DNA of 64,000 nucleotides from Macrostomum lignano. Taxonomy: Eukaryota. The stretch spans positions 1-64,000 of the forward strand of contig NIVC01001580.1 of assembly GCA_002269645.1 (NCBI GenBank), in the 5' to 3' direction. Both the position numbers and the translations under genes were made by a program. Below, one piece after another: positions 12,511 to 23,649 of this stretch; the first letter of the stretch is position 1; every line of letters starts with the position of its first letter. A model generated the notes under the pieces. It was not told where the DNA came from, did no database searches, and was given only the letters and a program-made list of their open reading frames with translations.

Positions 12511-12716
12511 CAGTGGTTCTCAATCTATGGGTCGCGACCCCCAGTGGGGTTGCGTGACCATTTTCTGGGGGTCGCAGCACTAAGAAATGTGTGAGTTTGT
12601 CATACATAATAATGCATTACATGTAGAATATATTGATTTTAAAAGGGGTCGCGAACATTAAAAAATGATGCGAGTGAATAAATTGGGGTCGCCTGAAAAA
12701 AGGTTGAGAACCGCAG
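12511..12716. mobile_element. hAT-superfamily MITE (206 bp)
   Basis: TIRs CAGTGGTTCTCAA...TTGAGAACCGCAG; perfect 8-bp TSD CTTTAATC at 12503-12510 and 12717-12724. Confidence 0.9.
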
Positions 12717-13689
12717 CTTTAATCCGTCCAACCCTCGCACACCGCTCCCCCACTGCATTCCTCAACTCAAGTCTGCCGCGTGGCGTAGCTGAGTTGCGTC
12801 ACTCGCAAAGATTCAGAAACTTTACCTGCGCTTTCAAAAGTGACGACCACAGACTTCTGTGATGGCGACTTTTCGATGTTGCTGAGTATATACGAAGTTA
12901 CTACCTTGTTATTATAATTGAGTTATGATTTGCTTTTACTACTTAATTGTGTAATGCCTTTGTCTTAATCTTTTACTCATTTTACTCACTTGATGCACTG
13001 TTAGTGATGAGTTATGTTGCCACACAGAATCGCCCATATCGCTTTTATCGCTTTTTATCACCTTCCTCCAGATCATTCAGTCATGCTACTCTCGTCCTAC
13101 CCTATAGGTAGTCTGTATCTCTACCTATTGTCCTATCTCGCGATCCTCTCCTTTACAGTACATCACTCTTCTGATATTTCATCACCCTAACCTACAGGAG
13201 TAGGGGGGGGGGGGAAGAAGATGTGGCGCATGAGGGCGGGAATCAGAGTTTTCGCAGACGTAAATCTTCATTATGAAGTTTATTAAGCCTTTGAATAGGC
13301 TTTTACCCCCCCCCCCAACTAAAACCGCACCTGCGTGTAATCCCACAAGGTGTAGTATATATAATGTTTGAAAGAATATTTGATGTTTGATGTTTGAATG
13401 TCTAATGTTTGAAAGACTGCCAGAAATCATAGAACCGAGAAAAGCTCATTTTTAATCTCAATCCCCGATTCGTAATTCCCTATCCCTGATTCCTCGATCA
13501 TGTTTGGAATCCGAATCCAAGATTCTTAATTCCCTTTCCCAGATAGGGCATATGGCACCTTTTGCGAGAAACTTGAAGACTGGGTCGGCTATCATAATTC
13601 ATAAGGCAGAGAGGAGCTTATGGCACCTTTTTCTAAATGTTTGAAAGACTGCCAGCTATCATAGAAACTGAAAGAAGCTCATTTTTAAT

Positions 13690-16368
13690 CTCAATCCACG
13701 ATTCCTAATCCCTATCCCTGATTCCTCATGTTGAAATCCGAATCCCCAATTCCTAATTCCATATCCCTGATTCCTAATGTTGGAATCCGAATCCCCAATT
13801 CCTAATTCCATATCCCTGATTCCTAATGTTGGAATCCGAATCCACAATTCCTAATTCCATATCCCTGATTCCTCATGTTGGAATCCGAATCCCCAATTCC
13901 TAATTCCATATCCCTGATTCCTAATGTTGGAATCCGAATCCCCAATTCCTAATTCCATATCCCTGATTCCTAATGTTGGAATCCGAATCCCCAATTCTTA
14001 ATTCCCTATCCCTGATTCCTCATGTTGGAATCCGAATCCACAATTCCTAATTCCATATCCCTGATTCCTCATGTTGGAATCCGAATCCACAATTCCTAAT
14101 TCCATATCCCTGATTCCTCATGTTGGAATCCGAATCCACAATTCCTAATTCCATATCCCTGATTCCTCACTTTGGAATCCGAATCCACAATTCCTAATTC
14201 CATATCCCTGATTCCTCACTTTGGAATCCGAATCCACAATTCCTAATTCCATATCCCTGATTCCTCATGTTGGAATCCGAATCCACAATTCCTAATTCCA
14301 TATCCCTGATTCCTCATGTTGGAATCCGAATCCACAATTCCTAATTCCATATCCCTGATTCCTCACTTTGGAATCCGAATCCACAATTCCTAATTCCATA
14401 TCCCTGATTCCTCACTTTGGAATCCGAATCCACAATTCCTAATTCCATATCCCTGATTCCTCACTTTGGAATCCGAATCCACAATTCCTAATTCCATATC
14501 CCTGATTCCTCACTTTGGAATCCGAATCCACAATTCCTAATTCCATATCCCTGATTCCTCACTTTGGAATCCGAATCCACAATTCCTAATTCCATATCCC
14601 TGATTCCTCACTTTGGAATCCGAATCCACAATTCCTAATTCCTTATCCCTGATTCCTCACTTTGGAATCCGAATCCACAATTCCTAATTCCATATCCCTG
14701 ATTCCTCACTTTGGAATCCGAATCCACAATTCCTAATTCCATATCCCTGATTCCTCACTTTGGAATCCGAATCCACAATTCCTAATTCCATATCCCTGAT
14801 TCCTCACTTTGGAATCCGAATCCACAATTCCTAATTCCATATCCCTGATTCCTCACTTTGGAATCCGAATCCACAATTCCTAATTCCATATCCCTGATTC
14901 CTCACTTTGGAATCCGAATCCACAATTCCTAATTCCATATCCCTGATTCCTCACTTTGGAATCCGAATCCACAATTCCTAATTCCATATCCCTGATTCCT
15001 CACTTTGGAATCCGAATCCCCAATTCCTAATTCCATATCCCTGATTCCTCATGTTGGAATCCGAATCCACAATTCCTAATTCCATATCCCTGATTCCTCA
15101 CTTTGGAATCCGAATCCCCAATTCCTAATTCCATATCCCTGATTCCTCACTTTGGAATCCGAATCCACAATTTCTAATTCCATATCCCTGATTCCTCACT
15201 TTGGAATCCGAATCCCCAATTCCTAATTCCATATCCCTGATTCCTCATGTTGGAATCCGAATCCACAATTCCTAATTCCATATCCCTGATTCCTAATGTT
15301 GGAATCCGAATCCACGATTCCTAATTCCATATCCCTGATTCCTCATGTTGGAATCCGAATCCACAATTCCTAATTCCATATCCCTGATTCCTAATGTTGG
15401 AATCCGAATCCACAATTCCTAATTCCATATCCCTGATTCCTAATGTTGGAATCCGAATCCACAATTCCTAATTCCATATCCCTGATTCCTCACTTTGGAA
15501 TCCGAATCCACAATTCCTAATTCCATATCCCTGATTCCTAATGTTGGAATCCGAATCCACAATTCCTAATTCCATATCCCTGATTCCTAATGTTGGAATC
15601 CGAATCCACGATTTCTAATTCCATATCCCTGATTCCTAATGTTGGAATCCGAATCCACAATTCCTAATTCCATATCCCTGATTCCTAATGTTGGAATCCG
15701 AATCCACAATTCCTAATTCCATATCCCTGATTCCTAATGTTGGAATCCGAATCCACAATTCCTAATTCCATATCCCTGATTCCTCATGTTGGAATCCGAA
15801 TCCACGATTCCTAATTCCATATCCCTGATTCCTCACTTTGGAATCCGAATCCACGATTCCTAATTCCATATCCCTGATTCCTCATGTTGGAATCCGAATC
15901 CACAATTCCTAATTCCATATCCCTGATTCCTAATGTTGGAATCCGAATCCACAATTCCTAATTCCATATCCCTGATTCCTCACTTTGGAATCCGAATCCA
16001 CAATTCCTAATTCCATATCCCTGATTCCTAATGTTGGAATCCGAATCCACAATTTCTAATTCCATATCCCTGATTCCTCACTTTGGAATCCGAATCCCCA
16101 ATTCCTAATTCCATATCCCTGATTCCTCACTTTGGAATCCGAATCCACGATTTCTAATTCCATATCCCTGATTCCTCACTTTGGAATCCGAATCCACGAT
16201 TTCTAATTCCATATCCCTGATTCCTCACTTTGGAATCCGAATCCACGATTTCTAATTCCATATCCCTGATTCCTCACTTTGGAATCCGAATCCACAATTC
16301 CTAATTCCATATCCCTGATTCCTCACTTTGGAATCCGAATCCACGATTTCTAATTCCTTATCCCTGAT
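13690..16368. repeat. 49-bp minisatellite (TTCCTAATTCCATATCCCTGATTCCTCACTTTGGAATCCGAATCCACAA), about 55 units
   Basis: Period 49 measured (14191 to 14240); variants CACTTTG/CATGTTG/AATGTTG. Confidence 0.97.
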
Positions 16369-16669
16369 AAGATGCACTTGTTTATATCCTTCAGAGGGGA
16401 ATGGTGAGGGGAAGCTTCTGACGTTCTAGTTGCTTTAGCTATACAAGTAAATATATATGTAGTCTTCGCATAAATTTTTATGGCAACTTTTATCGAAAGG
16501 TTTGAAAGCCTTTAATCGGTTTTCGGTAGAAGAAAATGACAAGTCAAAGTGGCTGTCAAACCATAAACTCAAGCCAGACTTGTCCACAAACGTGTCCGCA
16601 AAATTCGGCAAAAAGCCTTGGGACTGCGCCTGTATGTGTATTCTAATATCAAAACACAGCTAATAAAAG

Positions 16670-17210
16670 CAAAAAAAGAAGCGTCATGTAAACGATCACA
16701 GAAGCGTCATGCCAACAATCATGGAAGCGTCATGTATAAAATCATAGAAGCGTCATGTAAAAATCATAGAAGCGTCATGTCAACAATCATAGTAGCGTAA
16801 TGTAAAAATCATAAAAGCGTCATGTAAACAATCATAGAAGCGTCATGTAAAAATCATAGAAGCGTCATGTAAACAATCATAGAAGCGTCATGTAAAAATC
16901 ATAGAAGCGTCATGTCAACAATCATAGTAGCGTAATGTAAAAATCATAAAAGCGTCATGTAAAAATCATAAAAGCGTCATGTAAACAATCATAGAAGCAT
17001 CAGGTAAAAATCATAGAAGCGTAATGTAAGAAATCATAGAAGCGTCATGAAAAAATAACAGAGGCGTCATGTAGAAAAGAAAATAAGCTTTATGTAAAAA
17101 TGAAAAAATGTAAAAAAGAAGCACCATGTAAAAATCAATAAGCATCATGTAAAAAGAAGCGTCATGTCAAAAAGGAGCGTCATTTCAAAACTTAAAAAGC
17201 TTCATGTTGA
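16670..17210. repeat. 22-23 bp minisatellite AATCATAGAAGCGTCATGTAA(A/AC), decaying at both edges
   Basis: Direct tandem units. Confidence 0.9.
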
Positions 17211-17393
17211 AAATAAAAGAAGCCTTCCGTAAACTCTGCTGTGACTCTTTGGAAGAATTTCTGAGATTTTAAGGTTTACGGGGGGATTTTGAGATGTCAA
17301 GCCTTTTTGCTTTTTTTCAAGTCTTGTAAAAAATAATAGAAGCATCATGTAAAACACAAAGAAACGTCATGCAAAACATAAAGGAAGCAATGC

Positions 17394-17448
17394 TTTAGGG
17401 TTAGTTAGGGCTAGGGTTAGGGTTAGGGTTAGGCTTAGGGTTAGGGTT
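17394..17448 (+). repeat. Interstitial telomeric-type (TTAGGG)n, about 9 imperfect units
   Basis: tttagggttagttagggctagggttagggttagggttaggcttagggttagggtt. Confidence 0.8.
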
Positions 17449-17876
17449 GACAGATTTTTTAAGATTTCAAGGCTTATGGGGGTCATCGCTCAGATGTCAA
17501 GGGCGGAGTTTGATGTGTTAAGACTTGTGGGGGGAGGAATTGCTGAGATGTCAACGCTTACAAGCGATTGCTGAGGTTATTGCAAAGAGACACTACAATC
17601 TACATGTAGTTTATTAAAAAAAAACTTGTACTGCATTTTTTTGGCTCCCCAAGGGGGGGCGCTGATTGCTAGTTAAATTCTGAAAATATGAACCACGAAA
17701 AGACAGGAGCAGTTAAAACTGAAAAATAACAAAACTTAGTTCGTATCATATCGGCCATCGGGTGTTTCATAGTCTAAATCTGGGATAACAATAATCAAAC
17801 TGGTTTTAAATAAACATTCATCTGCTTCTCGTTTTCTATTAATGTTGCTATGGTAACCAAAGTATCCGGGTATCCA

Positions 17877-18068
17877 GGCGATATCCAAGTGCAGGTTTGT
17901 GGTGCCCCATGACATCGCAGCGGCCAGGCCATAGGCGTTGTACATCCTGGGCTCCAGGTCCGGCTGGACAAAGAATGCCGGCAGCCGAGTGGCCAGGTGG
18001 CAATCTCACCCGCTGCACTCCGGCAACGGCAGAGCGCGCTGGAAGCCCTCGTAGCGATCGGGCAGAAT
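17877..18068 (-). pseudogene. KDM3: Exon remnant of a KDM3/JMJD1-family JmjC histone demethylase
   Basis: After acceptor ctctctcattcag: [63 protein letters not shown], matching family motif LASRLP.YFVRPDLGPKMYNAYG...GTTNLHLD; internal stop and truncation after HxD. Confidence 0.75.
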
Positions 18069-18635
18069 CTGAATGAGAGAGCAAAATGTGTTTTTGACTG
18101 GTTAGTTTCGTTGCTTCGATACATGTCGGCTGTTTTGTGATATTAATTTACAGTTTATAAGGTTGTAACTTGTTTCATCAATGATTTAACGGCCCAGCGT
18201 CAAAAACTGTAGAATTTTAGCAAAGTAAATCACAGTATGTTGATTACTAGCCAAGGTAAATTCTAGTACCTAGGAAGAAGTACCTAGGTATCCAGGTAAT
18301 AAAAGTTCCTAGGGAGCGCTGGGAGGAGTGGCGCTCCCACCGGACCCCTAAATCCGCGCCCCTGGCTACAGCTGTTGCGAAAGATTTTAAAAGTGTCATT
18401 TTTAGTCAGTTACTTTAGTATTTCTGTTTTACTGAACTTTTATACTCGAAGTACCTCGTAATTCAATTTACGAGGGGTGTTAATTCATAAGTACAATTCA
18501 TAAGTACAATTCAGAATTTACGTTACAGTTGTAATCAGATAAGGATTTATGGATTCCGACTGGGGGTATTTGCTTTAGACGAGTCAATTATGGATGGAAT
18601 GTGCTCATCTGTTGTGGTGGGATGCAATAACTCAC

Positions 18636-18812
18636 TAGGCGGCGCCGCCAAGCATCAGAACGTGGCCGCCGGCCGGCCATCGTCGCGGAACGCCATCTTA
18701 GCGGACAAAATCAGCGATGGCCTCGTTCAGTCGGGGAGGTGAACTGCAGCGTCCCGAGTAGCCAAACCACGGCTAGCCAGCCATGAGGTCTGCTGGCAGC
18801 GGATTCTGTCAC
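18636..18812 (-). pseudogene. Possible preceding exon remnant of the KDM3-like fragment
   Basis: 177-bp GC-rich block bounded by cccgcag acceptor and A|gtgagt donor; ends DDGRPAATF*CLAAPP, weakly like KDM3 (D.DGKP.LLKLKDWPP); two TGA stops. Confidence 0.3.
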
Positions 18813-19019
18813 CTGCGGGTTGATTGCGGCGGATTGCGACTTTAGTGCAACCTGAGCAACTGTAAATTAATGTTAATATCTCATGTTAATGCTAATATTA
18901 GCTCAAAATATACACATAGTTTCTTTGTGCCCACTTGGGGCCATAGACAACTTTTGCTGGCGGGCAGACATCGTTGCTTTCACCCTCGTTTCGGCAGGCT
19001 TAGGACTGCTACAATTGCA

Positions 19020-21450
19020 TTTTTGTTTTAAAACGACGGGCTCAAAAAATCAGTTTTTCCCTTTGTTATTTTCGGTCTAATTATTTATCATCACAACGAT
19101 TGACTATTAAATTGAGATATATGTGCTAGACGACTGTATGAAATACATGTAAGAATTTGTTGAGTAAGACATGCCCTAGATTGTTTCAGTTTCAGTTTCA
19201 AGTAGTTTTTCTATTATTAGTTGTAACAATAATAATTGTTAGAGTCACCACGATTCTCAATGATAGTCAGAAAGTTTCGATGCAATTAAAAACTCTCTCG
19301 ATGCTTTGCGTATAAACGAGTAATCGATTGAATCAATTGTGCACTTGACTACGTAGCACGCAGAAACTGCAGGGTTTTCAGATGTTTTGACGCAAAAAAC
19401 GCAAATTATACTACTATCTGAAAATGAAGTAAGTAGTATACAAAAACGCTATCCTAAGCGTGATATGCCAATATGTAGTTGTAATAATCCATGTGCTCAT
19501 ATTAATTCCATGTACATTAATCCCTATCTATCTCAAAATGGATATGTACATTAATTCCATGTACATTAATCCCTATCTATCTCAAATTGGATATGTACAT
19601 TATTCCCATGTACATTAATCCATATCTCAAATTGTCTATCCCCAATTCTATATGTATGCAGTATGTGCATTAATCTACAGTGTCATCCCCAGCGCGCGCG
19701 CGCGCACCAAAATTACAACTCGAAAACCTACTACAAGTACAGTTGTACAATCCCATCTAAATGAGTCAACTAATTGTGTAGCCTACAACGTAAATGTATA
19801 TTTCCAATGTACATTTCTCAGACATTTGAATAATACGGGTCGGAGTCTATATGTACATCGATAGCCTCTATACTCATATCCGCTACATACCCCAAAAATT
19901 AGGTATGTACATTTTCACCCTCGGAGAATGTAGGTTTGAATATGCTGATAATTTATTCGAAATCACTTATAAAATACACATACTTTCATATAGAGGCGGG
20001 CCTGTACAAACTCTCGCCAAGCAATGGGGTGGAGGTTGCGTCATTCAAGTCTCTCCCAAGTCTGCCCCCCAAATACAAGACTGTGTTGAAGCAGTGCTTT
20101 ATATTTCTATATTGACAGTGTGGATGATACAAGACCTTTAATTGGTAATTATCAACTGCTACTGCTTTACGGTATATCCTCACCCCTCGAAGCCCCTATA
20201 CTGAATGTTGAATCACCCTTTAACTCGGACCATAGTCAAATTCAACCCTGTTCGAAAACAGCCACCCCTCCGATGTTTACCAGACACAGCGCAGACCCCA
20301 TAACAAATCGAGCTAAATTTTAACACTCGCCCCTGTTTTCTCTGTCCCCCCTTCTAAATGCCAAGGAATTTCGACCCTCTCTCCATTTTCAGTGTACAGA
20401 CAGATCTTTCCACAGCACAGACCATATATTAAACTTCAAAACCCCTCTCTTCTCCGATTACGTCATCCATGCCGCCCCAGTTAGCAAGAAACCAACTTTT
20501 AATGCACACATCAACCCCGCGAGCAAATCCGAGTCCGCCAACCTCTACCTGCATTGACAAACCCCAGCTGCATTTGTAAATGTACACAGCCTATGAATCA
20601 GTGTCTCCACCGCATGCAATTCTGATTTACTTGATTCTAAACTTTGTAAATAGTATAAGTCACCCTTGCGTTTACTAGAAGTAGTGAAGTCCACAAATTT
20701 AAATACGTGAGGCTATTCAATTCTGCCTCTCCCCTGCCTTCTCACTTCAAGCGTTCAGACTTGGTCTTTGAGACGGTTTAATCTGTTAGAAGCAGGAATG
20801 AATCATGCACTGACCTCTCCACACAAAGTAAAGTTGGAATTTCAAACAAGAAATTAGGTTATTTTGAAAGCTAAATGACTAGAAATGCACATTTTTTTTT
20901 CATTAAAATGCAGCTTTTCACCGTTTTTTTTACGATTTTAACCTTAAAATGCAGACTTTGTTGATCAAAATCAGTAGTTTCATCACTAGAAACCATACTT
21001 TTAACAGCTAATTTGTCCAAATATCGCTTTCAACTTGACCTTAGACAGCTTTTAAGCAGGAATGAACCCCACACAAACATCCACAAGCCAGCCCAAAATC
21101 AGCCAAAGACATGGCTATTGAAGCCTAAATTGCTAGAAATGCGCATTTTTTTCATAAGAAAATACAATTTTTCACAGTTTTTACGCATTTTTACGTTAAA
21201 ATGCAGACTTTATTGATCAAAATCAGTAGTTTCATCACTAGAAACCATACTTTCAACAGCTAATTTGTCCAAATATCGCTTTCAACTTGACCTTAGACAG
21301 CTTTTAAGCAGGAATGAACCCCACACAAACATCCACAAGCCAGCCCAAAATCAGCCAAAGACATGGCTATTGAAGCCTAAATTGCTAGAAATGAGCATTT
21401 TTTCATAAGAAAATACAATTTTTAACAGATTTTATGCATTTTTACGTTAA
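19020..21450 (+). repeat. Left arm of 2.4-kb inverted repeat
   Basis: Mirror ORFs give constant coordinate sum 45098 (19652+25446, 20120+24978); outer boundary 19020/26078. Confidence 0.95.
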
Positions 21451-22030
21451 AATGCAGACTTTGTTGATCAAAATCAGTAGTTTCATCACTAAAAACCACA
21501 ATTTTAACACAAAATTATCACAAATGCTACTTCTGGAACTCTGAGACAGCTTTGAGCAGGAATTATAATCGCACACGGATTACCCGAGCCAGTCCAATTT
21601 CCACTAAAACCATGATTTTTTTTAAAGCTAATTCTTAGAATTTCTCATTCTTTCGTTTAATAAAGGCCAATTTTCACAGTTTTATTATTTTCTAACGTTA
21701 AAATGCTAAATGCGAATTGATCAAACTTAGTAGTTTCATCCCAAAAACCATAATTTCAACCGCTAATTTGTCCAAATGCTGATTTCAAAGTTGGCAAGAG
21801 ACAGCTTTCGAGCAGGAATGAGTCACACACTGATCTCCATATGCACACCCCGCCCCAAGTTGGAATTCCACCCAAGGCATTTTCATTGAAAGCTAAATTA
21901 CTAGAAATTGCACATTTTCGTTTTAAAAAGGTCAATTTTCACAGTTTTAACTCTTTTTAACGTTAAAATGCTGACTTTATTGAACAAAATGAATCACTTC
22001 ATTCAGTAGAAACCATAATTTTTACAACTT
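20945..22030. repeat. About 252-bp tandem repeat: two near-identical units plus diverged units
   Basis: tgcagactt recurs at 20950, 21202, 21453; looser copies to about 22030. Confidence 0.85.
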
Positions 22031-23410
22031 AAAAATGCTGTTTCATCATCAAATGTGTGTATTTGGTACGTGTAATACCCCTCAAGAAGTCAGGGAAGGG
22101 ATTATTCTTGAATATTGGGTTAAAACGTACAGTTTGCTATAAACCTAGCTATAATAATTTTAACATATACAGTCGGCGAAGCGGCCCGTTGATTTCGATT
22201 GACATTTAAACTGTCCCTCCCAGACCTCTCTCTCTCTCTCCTTCTGCACCCACCGAGAAAAGTGACTCATGCGGCAAACAGCTGGACAGGTTTAGTATAT
22301 TACTGAATTGGCAAAACAGCCAACACCCAATGGTCATATTAGACTCGTCTTCACAGCACAGACCCATGTAGAACAGAACCACTCGTCCCTGTCTCTCTGA
22401 CCTTACCATTTCTAACTGTCAAGGAATTCCGACCCCTACCTCTCCAACTTCAGTGTACAAACAGATATCTTCACAGCACGGACCCATATATTGAGCCTCC
22501 TCCAACCAAAACCCTATCTTGATTACGTCATCCACCTCCCCATAGAAGCAGTTAGCAAGAAAAAAATTTCGATGCACATATATGAACAATGCGAACCAAG
22601 CAAATCCGCGCGTCTACCAAAGCCAACCCTACCCTGCGTGCTGTAATTGCATTTGTCAATGTACACACCCTATGAATCAGTGTCTCCTTCTTTGGAACAC
22701 ACGAAGGCATTAGTCAGAAAGTTTGGATGCAATTAAAAACCTCTCGATGCTTTGCGTATAAACGAGTAATCGATTGAATCAATTGTACACTTGACACATT
22801 TAATTACGTGCTGCCATGCAACGGAAAGACAGGATAATGGGGTGGGTGGTCACGCAGCCTCATTCTCTCTTTCCTACTGATTTTTCATTATCCATCAATC
22901 TCAGCTCTTTCCGGGGCAACTCGCGCATGTGTGCATAGTTCCTCATCAGATTTACCACATGTTCATTTACATGTGATGTACATATGCAAGCGGCAGCCGA
23001 TTTAAACCTGAGAAATGGTTGAAGCACTCCCCCGACTATGACTAAATGCACGTACGTTCAGTCAAATACAGGAAAATTTGATACCCGTAGTATGAAGATG
23101 TAATCTTCACGAAAGCTTCACATGTTTATCTTTCTCTGGGGAAATGACGATAGTTTCTCAATAAAAATCTGTCATAGGACCAATATAGCAGTTTAAATAT
23201 TTTCACGAAAATGTCGCATTCTTCCAAGAACTGATTTTTGCAAGCTCTACTGTCAGTAGGAAGATGAGTTTTCATAGAGACATTTTGTAAAACATAGACT
23301 AAACTTTCAAATCATTCGTTTACACGACCAACTGTCTATATTAATGGTGGGGTTATTATTACTTTACAGAAAAACGCAGGTCCTGTGTTACGACACTGCC
23401 TAGCAACCGT

Positions 23411-23629
23411 ATAATTTTTGCAGGTCAAGGAGCATTAATACATGAACTAACACTCCTATTTTACATTCATTGAGAGGCGGCGGCAGCGGGCGGAGGGTGG
23501 CCGGACCGTGACTGTGCGCAGCACAGTCCCTGTCTCTACTGCCGCCTCCGCCCGCGCCGCCGCCTCTCAATGAATGTAAAATAGGAGTGTTAGTTCATGT
23601 ATTAATGCTCCTTGACCTGCAAAAATTAT
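23411..23629. repeat. 219-bp palindrome/hairpin (about 85-bp arms, first about 70 bp perfect)
   Basis: ataatttttgcaggtcaagg...gagaggcggcggc mirrored by gccgccgcctctc...ccttgacctgcaaaaattat; inner gactgtgc/gcacagtc stem. Confidence 0.95.
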
Positions 23630-23649
23630 GCAAAAAAACCTGCAAAAAT

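Noticed and set aside
17394-17448. True chromosome end
   Set aside because: Short, imperfect and flanked by ordinary sequence on both sides.
17877-18812. Selenocysteine or alternative code explaining in-frame TGA in KDM3 remnants
   Set aside because: Accompanied by deletions and truncation; no SECIS recognised; other genes use standard stops.
19652-20323. ORFs within the inverted-repeat arms as transposase or genes
   Set aside because: No recognisable domain; duplicated only because of the inversion.
22860-23051. 63-aa minus-strand ORF in the inverted-repeat spacer as cargo gene
   Set aside because: No recognisable homology and no convincing splice context.
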